DNA of 64,000 nt from Terriglobia bacterium (GCA_965198225.1 CBDAOY010000008.1:480001-544000), one strand, 5' to 3'; shown: positions 48,346-58,166, counted from the stretch's first letter. Numbers and translations are program-made. Notes: generated by a model from the sequence alone, not told the origin.

Positions 48346-49989
48346 AGTTGTGTGCGTCAAGTTCTGCAAAAAGTATTTCCGAAAAAGTCAGTTCTTGAGT
48401 GTTGATCGCCGTCGGGCCTGTGGGAATGTGGGAAAGCTGAACGTTCTTGGCGAAGCTTTTCCAAGCCTCAGAGGGAATCCGCGTCTTGTTGCGGATTTCC
48501 TCTGAGGCGTCATTTCCATCAGGCCTCTGCCTTTCTTTCTTTTTTGGTTCTCTTTCTTTCGCCCTTTGAAAGTTTTCCACAGAGATTCCTCGCTCCAGGA
48601 TGCGCTGTAATCGACGATCGGCTTCCGAGCCGATCCTTGGGTCGGTCCGTTTTGACGCGTTCACGCGGCAGGCGTCTGACGGTGCCAGTCCTTCTTGTGT
48701 TCCTTCAACAGATCCATGTTCAAATAACGGATCGCTTCGATCCAGTTCTCGTGCATCTCGGTGGTCAGTGCCCGAATCAAACGCAGACAGCTGGCCGCGT
48801 TGGGGAATATCCGCACCACACGCGTTCGCCGCTTGATCTCTTCGTTGAGCCGTTCCAGCATATTGGTGGATTTCATGTGCTTGTGATGCTGAAGCGGCAG
48901 CGTGTAGAAGCTCAGCGTCTCGTCGATGTTGTCTTCGACCCAGTCGCAGAGTTTGGGATATTTCTGCCCCCACTTGCTCAACCACGCCGCGAGGTCCTGC
49001 CGCGCTTCCTGGAGGTTCCGCCGATCGTAGAGCCAACGCAGTTCCTGGAGGCAATCGTCATCGCCTTTGCGCGGCAGATAATCCAATGCGTTTCGGAGAA
49101 AGTGCACGTAGCAGCGCTGCCAGATCGCTTCGGTCAGGACTTCCGCGATGGCTTTCTTCAACCCCGGATGATCGTCGGTCACCACGAACTCCACCCCGCA
49201 CAGGCCGCGTTGTTTTAAACTCAGCAGCAGTTGCCGCCAACTGGTCGTGCTTTCCCGTCCCGCCAGCTCCACCGCCAACACACCGCGCCGGCCGTCCCAG
49301 TTGATTCCGATCGCGACCAGCACCGCCCGGCTCCGGATGACCCCGTCTTCGCGCACCTTCTCGTAGCGCGCATCCAAAATTAGGTACGGGTATTCTTCCT
49401 CCAATCGTCGCGTTGCAAACTTTTTCAGCTCCTTGTCCAGAGTCTGATTAATCCGGCTGATCGTGCTGGCCGAAAACGAATGTCCGCATAGTTCTTCGGT
49501 GATGGCTTTCACCTTGCGCGTTGACACGCCCTGCACGTACATCTCGGCCAAGCTGGCCACCAAGGCTTTCTCGCTGCGTTGGTAGCGTTCAAACACCTCC
49601 GTACTGAACCGGCCGGCCCGGTCCTGCGGCACGCGCAACTCCAGCTTGCCCACCCGTGTGACCAGGTCGCCCACCCGTGTGACCAGGTCCCGTCCGTAAT
49701 AGCCACTCCGATATCCGGTGCGACCCCCTGTTCGTTCACTCTTGACCGCGCCCACGACCTGGTCCATCTCCGCCTCGAGAATCTCTTGAACCACCTCCTG
49801 TACGACGCTTTTCAGCAAATCCTTTTCCTCTCCTAACAGTTCTTTCCAATCCACTCCCTTTCGCTTAATCTGAGGTCGGGCCATCGGTTCATCTCCTTCG
49901 TTTCAAAGTTGATTCGTTACCAACTTTTCGGAGATACCCTGGCCCTTTCCTATTTCAGGACCTTTTTGCAGAAACTCTGAAACATAACC
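48346..49989 (-). mobile_element. IS256-family insertion sequence, 1644 bp
   Basis: Imperfect 27-bp terminal IRs agttgtgtgcgtcaagttctgcaaaaa / tttttgcagaaactctgaaacataacc; 8-bp target duplication GCGATCGC at 48338-48345 and 49990-49997. Confidence 0.92.
48661..49884 (-). CDS. IS256-family (mutator) transposase
   Basis: LRVPQDR, EMYVQGVSTRKV, LDARYEKVR, WQRCYVHFLRN, STNMLERLNEEIKRR. Confidence 0.95.
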   Translation of the reverse strand: MARPQIKRKGVDWKELLGEEKDLLKSVVQEVVQEILEAEMDQVVGAVKSERTGGRTGYRSGYYGRDLVTRVGDLVTRVGKLELRVPQDRAGRFSTEVFERYQRSEKALVASLAEMYVQGVSTRKVKAITEELCGHSFSASTISRINQTLDKELKKFATRRLEEEYPYLILDARYEKVREDGVIRSRAVLVAIGINWDGRRGVLAVELAGRESTTSWRQLLLSLKQRGLCGVEFVVTDDHPGLKKAIAEVLTEAIWQRCYVHFLRNALDYLPRKGDDDCLQELRWLYDRRNLQEARQDLAAWLSKWGQKYPKLCDWVEDNIDETLSFYTLPLQHHKHMKSTNMLERLNEEIKRRTRVVRIFPNAASCLRLIRALTTEMHENWIEAIRYLNMDLLKEHKKDWHRQTPAA

Positions 49990-50288
49990 GCGATCGCCGT
50001 CTTCTTGAATACTCTTCTGACGCCTTTGTTAATCGAAGACATGATAAGCGTCACAAGCAAAAGCCCGAGAAAGACAGAGACGACTAGTACAAGATTTTCA
50101 TTTGAGCCCATAACGTCTCCTTCCAACCGCCTGGGAATCCGAGCGCCTTTCACCGGGGCATTGCCTGAGTTACCGCGTGAAATCCATTCGATCCCGCTAT
50201 CACGCGCACCGCTATCCAGCCGAAATCATAAGTCATGCAGTAAAGAGCCTTGCACTATTCTCTCATTTAGATGACCTAAAGGAGCGTG

Positions 50289-50606
50289 ATGGCCAAGACC
50301 GACATCCCCAAGGGAACCCTGGACTTACCAGTGACCTGTAACGTGCCATCGGTACCAGCGTTCGGCGGAACGGCGTCGGATGCTAGGAGTGACGCTCGAG
50401 CCAATGCTGTTTCATTGCGAGGGCGTTACGACACCGAAGACGGCGCCGTTGGGCCGAACCCATCGGTTCGCGGACGGTGATCGTCAACGAGGCGTTCGCG
50501 CGCCGCCTCACGAGTGGCTCGTCTCCCGTCGGCCGGCGGTTGCGACTTTTCGTCAGAGATCCGGAGTCGTGGTTCGAGATCGTCGGTATGGTGGGTGACC
50601 TCCGGC
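50289..50606 (+). pseudogene. Collapsed remnant of an acidobacterial PadR regulator plus ADOP/MacB-like permease
   Basis: AAAGGAG RBS + MAKTDIPKGTLDL (PadR N-terminus) breaking off after 13 codons; then LRGRY.. and VIVNEAFARRL..PVGRRL..WFEIVGMVGDLR (MacB periplasmic core) in shifted frames. Confidence 0.65.
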
Positions 50607-50702
50607 GGTGGTGCGGGTGTTCGCACATCGTACTGCTGGCCCATGGTGCGATCAGTTGTCTGGGCGTGACGTTCGAGCTGATCGCTGATAGACAGCAGTT
50701 AC

Positions 50703-51110
50703 TCAGACCGGAAAGCCCTCTTGGGCGTTGAACATGTCGGCGACAATCCGCCAGCGGCCGTCGGACTCACGGCGCGCGACCATCAGCGATTTGCCACGAT
50801 GTTCCTCGGGGTGTCCATCAGAGTCGGGCAGAGTATAAGAGAACTCGCCGATCACGTAGAGCAGATCTCGGGAGTGGCCGGACACTTTCGTCTCCAGTCT
50901 GAAGTCCGCGACGTCCGCCTCGATCAGTTCTCTGAGAGATTGTCGGACATTTTCACGCCCGGGGACAAGATCCTGCTCCGGTGGGAGCAGGATCGCGTCC
51001 TCGGCGTACCAGCCGTCGATCAGCGCGTCCGCGTCGCCGCCGTTGATGTGTCGGATGAACGCCTCGTCCATCGCCGCGACGTCGGCGGCGATCTCCGGGT
51101 CCGTCGTCAC
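50703..51110 (-). CDS. NTF2-like/SnoaL (DUF4440-type) protein
   Basis: N.GDADAL..YAEDAILLPP...GK..V.RR..DG.WRIV.D pattern; GTG start overlapping upstream stop. Confidence 0.8.
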   Translation of the reverse strand: MTTDPEIAADVAAMDEAFIRHINGGDADALIDGWYAEDAILLPPEQDLVPGRENVRQSLRELIEADVADFRLETKVSGHSRDLLYVIGEFSYTLPDSDGHPEEHRGKSLMVARRESDGRWRIVADMFNAQEGFPV

Positions 51111-52135
51111 TCCTCCGCTTTCATGTGCGAGGCCCGGTAGTGCTCGGCCAGCAAGTCCACGCCGAAGTCGTCGCGGTCCCGCCAGACCGAATGGATATGG
51201 TTGGCGGTGTTCTGGATGTTGTCATATTCGACGATAAACGTCGGCCCCTGGACGCGGTAGTAGTGGCCCTCGCCGGGGGAACTACTTCCCATCCAGGCGA
51301 AACGCATGTTCTCCACGCCGGCCCCTCGGATGTCCCCTAACGCCTTCCTGGCCTCGGCCTGGGGCATGTTGCCGATGTATTCCCGGACCAGGCCGAACAA
51401 CAACCGTTGCTGTCCATCATTCAACTCCGAGACTTTCACACCTTCGTCGTCGAGCCTCTCGTCCCGGTCAGGGTTCATCAAGATGTCTCGCGGGGCTTCG
51501 GCTGCGATCGTTGCTGCCTTCTTCTGGTCTGCATCGAGCGCGCTGTAAAGCTCGCGGGCGAGGTCCTCCTCCCGGCCCAGCGGCCGGAGCCCTTTTTGCG
51601 GGCCTTCTTTGACCTCGGCCGGATTGGCTCCGAAGAATGCCGGCGTGGTCGCAGCGACCTCGCCGTTGTTGACGGTGAAGTTCAACGCCAGGTGGTGCCC
51701 TTCAAAGCGCCAACCCCACTGATCCGTTTCCGACGGGGTGCCGAACACGCTGAAGAAATACAACTCCTCATCGCGCATGGGCCGGCCGTTCTCCTGCTCG
51801 AAGAGAACCTGCTCCAGGCTCATGATCGTAGTCGCCTTGATGAAACCGTTCCGGCTCAGTCCAGATACCAGCATCGCCAGACCCAGTTCACGCTGGAACG
51901 GCTCTATCTCCTTGATCGGCAGACCCTGTCTCTCACGTGGTATGAAATGCCAGTTGAGTCTCTCTTCGTCGCCGAAGTCGAAGGTCGCCTGCTCGCGCTG
52001 TTCGGGCGTCAGCGAGGCGAGGAAAGCGTTCGTCGTCGTCACCATGGTTGGAACGCTCTGCGCCTCGTAGATGGCCGCTGCAGACGCGGACAGCAGGCAC
52101 GCCACGACGATGGCGAGTTTTGTGCTCTGTCTCAT
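51107..52135 (-). CDS. DUF3500-domain exported protein
   Basis: Signal peptide; FLASL..EQR, W.F.P, WGWRFEGHHL, P.FFGANP, YYRVQGP..IVEYDN..NHIHSVWRD. Confidence 0.85.
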   Translation of the reverse strand: MRQSTKLAIVVACLLSASAAAIYEAQSVPTMVTTTNAFLASLTPEQREQATFDFGDEERLNWHFIPRERQGLPIKEIEPFQRELGLAMLVSGLSRNGFIKATTIMSLEQVLFEQENGRPMRDEELYFFSVFGTPSETDQWGWRFEGHHLALNFTVNNGEVAATTPAFFGANPAEVKEGPQKGLRPLGREEDLARELYSALDADQKKAATIAAEAPRDILMNPDRDERLDDEGVKVSELNDGQQRLLFGLVREYIGNMPQAEARKALGDIRGAGVENMRFAWMGSSSPGEGHYYRVQGPTFIVEYDNIQNTANHIHSVWRDRDDFGVDLLAEHYRASHMKAEE

Positions 52136-52266
52136 GTTTTACCTCCGGATGGAGAACGAATATACTCGAAATCCGGAACAATGCCCACTGTTCTGTAACG
52201 GGCATTCCTGCGTGAACAATCGGAAACCCCGGCTCTTCAGGCGCCTTCGTCCAGCGTAGAGCTCAT

Positions 52267-53067
52267 ATGATGAAAACCCTGGTTCGGTTGCTGAAGATGC
52301 CGTTTCGGGCGGCGAGAATCCTGACCGCCCTGATACTGCACCCGGATGACGAAGTCGTCGGATTCGATGTTCTGAGAAAGACCGGCAGGGCCGTCTTTCC
52401 GCGCTACCGGTTCAAGTGGCCCCAGATGGACTGGTGGCAGGAGGCGCCGTTCAACGAATACTTAAAGCGGTTCGATGAACTGGACGGCTTGAACACGGAC
52501 CGCCGCTGGATGATGTACCAGTTGATCCGGCTGGTGGATGCGATCCCGGGCGATACCGCGGAATGTGGCGTCTTCCAGGGCGCGGGCTCGTATCTTGTTT
52601 GCCGGATCCTCCAGGCGAGACCGATACCGGAGAGAAAACACTTCATCTTCGACTCGTTCGAAGGCATATCGACACCGTCTGCCAACGATGGTCGCTACTG
52701 GAGCGAGGGTGATCTCTCCGCCGACCTGGATACAGTCCAGGACAACCTGTCGGAGTTTGAGAACATCAGTTTCCACAAGGGCTGGATACCGGAGAGGTTT
52801 CCCGATGTCGAAGATCGAACTTTCTCCTTTGTGCACATCGATGTCGACCTGTTTGAACCCACGCGCGACAGTCTCACGTTCTTCTACCCCCGGATGAACG
52901 ACGGAGGAATCATCCTGTGTGACGACTACGGGTCGAGTTTCTGCCCCGGCGCGACTAGGGCAATCGACGAATACCTGGGTGACAAGCCGGAGAAGATGAT
53001 CTCGCTATCCGGGGGGGGAGGGTTTCTCATCAAGGGTTGCGCCACGGCACGGCCGTACAGAATCTAG
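52267..53067 (+). CDS. TylF/MycF/NovP-like O-methyltransferase
   Basis: GDTAECGVFQG, FDSFEG, KGW, FVHIDVDL, ILCDDYG motifs. Confidence 0.88.
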   Translation: MMKTLVRLLKMPFRAARILTALILHPDDEVVGFDVLRKTGRAVFPRYRFKWPQMDWWQEAPFNEYLKRFDELDGLNTDRRWMMYQLIRLVDAIPGDTAECGVFQGAGSYLVCRILQARPIPERKHFIFDSFEGISTPSANDGRYWSEGDLSADLDTVQDNLSEFENISFHKGWIPERFPDVEDRTFSFVHIDVDLFEPTRDSLTFFYPRMNDGGIILCDDYGSSFCPGATRAIDEYLGDKPEKMISLSGGGGFLIKGCATARPYRI

Positions 53068-54216
53068 ATGCCCCGATCCGATACCATCAGAATCCTGCAC
53101 CTGATCACGGGTTTGGACATGGCCGGAACGCAGACCATGCTGATCAAACTGCTCTCCGGAATGGACCGGGAGCGGTTCGAGAATCGCGTCGTTATACTCT
53201 CCGACCACGGACCACTCCGACCGGTCATAGAGGACCTCGGGATTCGCGTTCGATCTCTGAAAGTCGGTCGGGGCGTGCCGAATCCCATGGGACTTGTCCG
53301 CCTGTTGAGAGTTCTTGCCAGCGACCGACCCCAGATCCTGCAAAGCTGGCTCTACCACGCCGACCTCCTGGGCCTGGTCGCGGGAAAGTTGTCCCGTGTT
53401 CCGGCATGCGCCTGGAATGTGCGCGCTTCTGAAATGGACATGAAGCAGTACTCGATGGTTTCCAGAGTTGTCCTCCGCTCACTCGCCTTCCTGTCCCGAT
53501 ATCCGGACGTCGTCGTGGTCAACTCCAACGCGGGTCTCAGGAAACACGAGAGTCTGAATTTTAAGCCTCGACGCTGGCGGATGATCCCGAATGGTTTCGA
53601 CCTGGATCGTTTCCGACCGGACCCTGCCGCCCGCCGCCGCCTACGCGAGGAACTGGGTATCGGCAACGTTTTCCTGATCGGTCTCGTCGCCCGCTACGAC
53701 GCTATGAAGGACCACGCGACTTTCCTGCGGGCAGCAGCCCGGTTGTCGACGACTCTTCCCGCGGTGCGCTATGTCCTTGTCGGTACCGGCGTCGATTCCG
53801 GGAATGATGCGCTGACGGCCCTGATCAGAGAACTGGAACTGTCCGGGCGCGTCGATCTCCTGGGCGAGCGGGGGGACATCCCGTCGATCATGGCCGGCCT
53901 GGACGTTCTGTCGCTGTCTTCTATCGGGGAGGGCTTTCCCAACTGCGTCGGGGAAGCGATGGCCTGCGGCGTTCCCTGTGTGTCGACCGACGTCGGCGAC
54001 GTTGCCGCCATCCTCGGCGACACCGGGCGCGTCGTACCGATTCGTGATCCGGCCGCCATGGCCGCGGCCTGGCTGGAAGTGTACGAGATGACCCCCGATG
54101 AACGTTTGGGATTGGGCCTTGCGGCCCGCAGGCGAATCCAGGATTCGTTCAGCCTGCCCTCCGTTGTCGGGCGGTACGAGGGTCTGTACCAAGAGCTGGC
54201 AACCAAGAACATTTGA
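53068..54216 (+). CDS. GT4-family glycosyltransferase
   Basis: HLITGL..AG, WLYHADL, IPNGFD, KDHATFL, EGFPNCVGEAMACG. Confidence 0.92.
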   Translation: MPRSDTIRILHLITGLDMAGTQTMLIKLLSGMDRERFENRVVILSDHGPLRPVIEDLGIRVRSLKVGRGVPNPMGLVRLLRVLASDRPQILQSWLYHADLLGLVAGKLSRVPACAWNVRASEMDMKQYSMVSRVVLRSLAFLSRYPDVVVVNSNAGLRKHESLNFKPRRWRMIPNGFDLDRFRPDPAARRRLREELGIGNVFLIGLVARYDAMKDHATFLRAAARLSTTLPAVRYVLVGTGVDSGNDALTALIRELELSGRVDLLGERGDIPSIMAGLDVLSLSSIGEGFPNCVGEAMACGVPCVSTDVGDVAAILGDTGRVVPIRDPAAMAAAWLEVYEMTPDERLGLGLAARRRIQDSFSLPSVVGRYEGLYQELATKNI

Positions 54217-54247
54217 AGTGTTCTTAGTCGGCGATCTACCGTCAGGC

Positions 54248-54349
54248 ATCAGCGATCGGCTGTCAGCGTGAGCGCTTCAGCTGCTTCGGAAACGGGACGA
54301 TAGTCCCATCCATTTGAGCTGATCGCTGAAAGCTGAAAGCTGATCGCTG
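54248..54349. repeat. Inverted heptamer tracts (TCAGCNN)n / (GCTGANN)n between convergent genes
   Basis: atcagcgatcggctgtcagcgtgagcgcttcagc and gctgatcgctgaaagctgaaagctgatcgctg. Confidence 0.65.
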
Positions 54350-54379
54350 TTTGATCCTGAGCGCCTGAGAACAAAACTC

Positions 54380-55711
54380 TCAAACTTGAGGATCAAGCGG
54401 TTGGAGTCTTCCCGACCTCTCTTGTATCTCGCTTCTGACGTTGGAGGCCACGTCTCGACCGCTGAGGATCGAATCCTCCATCGAGTAGTAGTCCCACTTG
54501 CCATAACGGCCAGCGGGGAAGATGTCCATCGATTCAAGATAACCGCTGAGTTTGTCGAGATGACACTGCCGATGGCGGTCGAAAATGACATAGGCAAAGG
54601 GGATGTCGATGGTCTGGCGAGTCAGGACGGCGTCGCCCTGTCTGAGGATTCCGCACCGGCGAAGATCGTCGAGGGCCTGCTCGCAGGCTCCTTCCAGGTG
54701 CGGCGTCCGCCCGGGCAGGTGGGTGATTTCGATATACATCGACGACGTACCTTCGGGAGCCACCGAGGATGAGAAATTCGTGGGAAACCCGACGCGCGAA
54801 AAGATGAACTCATCTTCGGGAAAGTAGATCCAGTGCTTGTCGCTGACGTGGGGGCGGTCCACTCCGATGTTGATATCGAGCACAGAGACCGCTCGAAGGC
54901 CTCGCGCGGCCTCACGCAGGTCGTCGGGGCTCTCCCCCAGCAGTTCGTAGACCTTCGGCAGAGGGATCGTCGTCAGGAGGTAGTCGTAAGGCTCCTCGTG
55001 GCCGTCGGCGAAGTGGGCGACCTTCTTCTTCGCATCGATCGATTTCAGTTCGCAGCCGGTCTGAACGGGACCGAGCGACGCCGCCAGCGCGTTGGGAAGA
55101 CAGTCGATACCGCCGTTTTTGGGATAGGAGAAGCTCGGGTTGTACCCCATTCGCTCGTTCGTGACACCGAGTGCTCCGTTGACTACTTCTTCCAGACTCG
55201 GTTTCGGTATCGCCCAGCTCACCCAATCGGACGTGATTTCCCGGAGATCCGTCTTCCAGAATTTCTCGTTGTAGGGGAGCATGAAATGCTTCGCGATCCC
55301 GGCGCCAAAGGTCTTCAACGTCCACTCGTGAAAGTTCGAGGGTTGGGTGGAGTTTCCGTCCAGGCTTTCGATGAAGCCTATGAGGCACTCCCGCACCGTT
55401 TCCGGCGGCAGTCCATGGGTGTTCGCCTGGAAAGGGTAGGGGGTAAGAGTCGATTTCGAGTAGATCGCAGCCTTGCGTTCCAGCCGGGCGAGCGTGTCGG
55501 GAAGAATGCGGTCGATCAGCTCCTTCGTGTAGGGATCCTTGAGATGAATGAGGTGTCCGGTCACGTCGAACGTAAAACCGTCCTGCTCGAAGGAGCGGCA
55601 GATTCCGCCGATGACTTCTTCCTTCTCGAAGATGCGGGGTTCGAATTCCTGGAGATGAAAACCGGCACTTAGACCTGCCAGGCCGCTTCCGATGACGACG
55701 ATCTTTTCCAT
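54380..55711 (-). CDS. FAD-dependent oxidoreductase (UDP-galactopyranose mutase/protoporphyrinogen oxidase-like)
   Basis: GSGLAG dinucleotide fold, GGICRS..GFTFD.TGH, PYNEKFW, YPKNGG, GRYGKWDY. Confidence 0.8.
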   Translation of the reverse strand: MEKIVVIGSGLAGLSAGFHLQEFEPRIFEKEEVIGGICRSFEQDGFTFDVTGHLIHLKDPYTKELIDRILPDTLARLERKAAIYSKSTLTPYPFQANTHGLPPETVRECLIGFIESLDGNSTQPSNFHEWTLKTFGAGIAKHFMLPYNEKFWKTDLREITSDWVSWAIPKPSLEEVVNGALGVTNERMGYNPSFSYPKNGGIDCLPNALAASLGPVQTGCELKSIDAKKKVAHFADGHEEPYDYLLTTIPLPKVYELLGESPDDLREAARGLRAVSVLDINIGVDRPHVSDKHWIYFPEDEFIFSRVGFPTNFSSSVAPEGTSSMYIEITHLPGRTPHLEGACEQALDDLRRCGILRQGDAVLTRQTIDIPFAYVIFDRHRQCHLDKLSGYLESMDIFPAGRYGKWDYYSMEDSILSGRDVASNVRSEIQERSGRLQPLDPQV

Positions 55712-55714
55712 GGT

Positions 55715-56770
55715 TCAGAAGGGAGCGTTGCGTGAACCGGCGCCACCGTACAGCGCTTCACGTTCCCGGACCGGCCGGGATCCCATTTCGACCTTGATCA
55801 ACAGATAGGCGGTGATCAGGGCCATCGCCACCATTCCCAGCAACACGGAAATCGCCCAGACGAGTTCAACCCGGCTCATGACGAGAGCCGCCGCACCGAT
55901 GAAGCCAGCAGCCGCGTAGGTTATCACTGCGACCTGACGAACCGAGAAATTGCATCGAAGCAGCCGCAACGCGAAATGATCGGGACTCCCGCGAGTGATC
56001 GGGATGCCCTTGCACCATCGGACAAACATGACGAGCGCCAGGTCGAAAAGCGGCACGCCGAGGATGAGCACCGGGCTGATCACCGCAAGGAGGTTGACTC
56101 TGGTGTAGCCGGCGTTCATCGATAGCGACGCCAGCATGAAGCCGAGAAACAGACTTCCGGCGTCTCCCAGGTAGATTCGCGCCGGATTGAAGTTGTGTCG
56201 GAGAAAGCCCAGCGTCGCGCCGGCCAGGACGAAGCACAGGAGGGCGAACGAGACTCGGCCTGCCATCAGGTTCGCGGCTGCGAGCAAGAGGGCGGCGATG
56301 GCGGCAACGCCAGCCGCCAGCCCGTCGAGCACATCGATGATGTTGAAGGCGTTCGTGACGGCCAGTACCCACAACACCGTCAGAGGCAGGGCCAGATAGA
56401 CGGGAAGGAATTCGAGTTTGATGAATATCCCGGATTTTACCAGCACCAGGGCCGCCAGCGTCTGACCGAGGAGCTTCTGCGAGGGGGAGATCACCCCGAA
56501 GTCATCGATGAGGCCGACCATGAGCACGATCGTTCCCGACAACAGAAGTCCGAGCGTCTCCTGCTCGAAGTCGGTCAGCACGCCGACAGTCAGGAGAAAC
56601 GAGATGAATATAGCGAGGCCGCCCAGGTACGGAACCGCCGACGCGTGTGCCTTCAAGTTCCCGTCCGGCTGGTCGACGATCCCCAGTTGGAGCGCCGCTC
56701 TCTTCATAACGGGCGTCCAGTAAAGCCCGAACACGAAACCCATCAAGACTGCTGCGACGAAGGTGATCAT
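55715..56770 (-). CDS. MraY/WecA-family polyprenyl-phosphate sugar-1-phosphate transferase
   Basis: VPYLGG, GLIDD, NAFNIIDVLDGL, NFNPARIYLGDAGS; ATG 56770 overlaps upstream stop. Confidence 0.88.
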   Translation of the reverse strand: MITFVAAVLMGFVFGLYWTPVMKRAALQLGIVDQPDGNLKAHASAVPYLGGLAIFISFLLTVGVLTDFEQETLGLLLSGTIVLMVGLIDDFGVISPSQKLLGQTLAALVLVKSGIFIKLEFLPVYLALPLTVLWVLAVTNAFNIIDVLDGLAAGVAAIAALLLAAANLMAGRVSFALLCFVLAGATLGFLRHNFNPARIYLGDAGSLFLGFMLASLSMNAGYTRVNLLAVISPVLILGVPLFDLALVMFVRWCKGIPITRGSPDHFALRLLRCNFSVRQVAVITYAAAGFIGAAALVMSRVELVWAISVLLGMVAMALITAYLLIKVEMGSRPVREREALYGGAGSRNAPF

Positions 56771-58002
56771 AGAGCCGCCAGACACTTACGGTATGTTTCT
56801 TCGAGCCTGGCTTGAGACGTCCCGATCTCGAATTCCGAGACCCCCTTCCGACCCGCTGAGCCCATCGAGTCGCGCAGCTCCGGCTCGGAAACCAGCTTGA
56901 CGATCGATCGAGCCATGGCCGTCACGTCATGTGTTCGGTGGAGGTAGCCCGATTCGCCGTCGGAGACGGCTTCTCGGGCCCCGTCGACGTCGGTGGCCAC
57001 GATGGGAAGACCGTTGGCCATCCCCTCGGAGAAGACCCGCGGAAGGCCCTCCCACAGAGATGTCAGGATCAGGATGTCCAGGTTACGGTAAACCTCCGGC
57101 ATATCCCGTTGCCATCCGAGCAGAGTCATATCGGAACCGATGCCCCGATCGCGGATGCGCTGTTCGACTTCAGGCCGGAGCTCACCGTCTCCCACCATGA
57201 CGAAATGAGCGTCTTCTGTTTGAGCCCGGACATTGGCGGCCACGTCGACGAAATCCGTCGGACATTTTTGCGTCTTGAAACATGCCACCATTCCCACGAC
57301 CACCTTGTCGGCAGGCACTCCCCATTCCTTCAGCTTTCCCCGTCGTGGTGCCGCTGCCATGAAATCATCCAGCGAGATGGCGGACCGGCACAGGTCCCAC
57401 TGGCCGGGCTCGAAAATGCCTTCTTCCTCTCCGGTTCTTGCGTTGGAAAGCGACACGACCACGAATCGCGTCGTGATGGGCTTGGTGATACGCTCCAGCA
57501 GGATGTAGAGGCGTCGGACCAACGGTGGCTGTTGGTCGTTGAAACCGAACCCGTGGGCGGTGTGGATGATGACCGGCACTCCGGCCAGCCAGGCCGCCCA
57601 CCGACCGAGGATCCCCGCCTTCGAGCTGTGCGTGTGTACGATGTCGGGCCCTTCGCGTCGCATCACGGAATAGAGCTTCCACAGTGCCCGGATATCCTTC
57701 CAGGGACGAATCTCGCGCACCAGGGAAGGGATCCAGAAGACATCGACATCCGGGATACGCGTCGCATCGTCGTCCATCGCGCCGTCACACCCGCTGATCA
57801 GACCCAGTTCATATTCTTCGCGCGGCAGCAGCTCCAGCGTCACCAGGGTATTCTTCTGCGCGCCCCCAAGCTCCAGCTTCGTGATGACGTGGAAGATCTT
57901 CCGCTTCGCCGTGGGCGGCCCGCCCTCGAAAGCCAGCTCGCCCTGGACCGGCCGCCCGGTTCCGGGAACTTTTTCGGACCATTCTTTGATCTGTGACATC
58001 AT
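56767..58002 (-). CDS. GT4-family glycosyltransferase (start uncertain; frame open to 58095)
   Basis: HVITKLELGGAQ, HTHSSKAG, HTAHG, SLWEGLPRV..E. Confidence 0.9.
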   Translation of the reverse strand: MMSQIKEWSEKVPGTGRPVQGELAFEGGPPTAKRKIFHVITKLELGGAQKNTLVTLELLPREEYELGLISGCDGAMDDDATRIPDVDVFWIPSLVREIRPWKDIRALWKLYSVMRREGPDIVHTHSSKAGILGRWAAWLAGVPVIIHTAHGFGFNDQQPPLVRRLYILLERITKPITTRFVVVSLSNARTGEEEGIFEPGQWDLCRSAISLDDFMAAAPRRGKLKEWGVPADKVVVGMVACFKTQKCPTDFVDVAANVRAQTEDAHFVMVGDGELRPEVEQRIRDRGIGSDMTLLGWQRDMPEVYRNLDILILTSLWEGLPRVFSEGMANGLPIVATDVDGAREAVSDGESGYLHRTHDVTAMARSIVKLVSEPELRDSMGSAGRKGVSEFEIGTSQARLEETYRKCLAAL

Positions 58003-58166
58003 CCGCACCCGTGCCGGAACCCGCATCACGTCTTTCGGACCGCTCGCTCCGGTTCCGCCAAGTCCCTCTATTCTGAATTCGGGACGAGCAATCATCCAGA
58101 CATTTTGGCAACTGCAGTTTCTTTGTCGGTGCGCGCGCGTGTCGCCGGCTATATTCTAGAGGCCTA

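Larger units (their letters stand above)
47863..50111 (-). pseudogene. Single-TM hypothetical gene (~198 aa) interrupted by IS256
   Basis: 5' part MGSNENLVL...FKKTAIA (ATG 50111, GGAAGGAG RBS) and 3' part AIALNADV...NKSL rejoin in frame after removing the IS and one 8-bp duplication. Confidence 0.85.
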
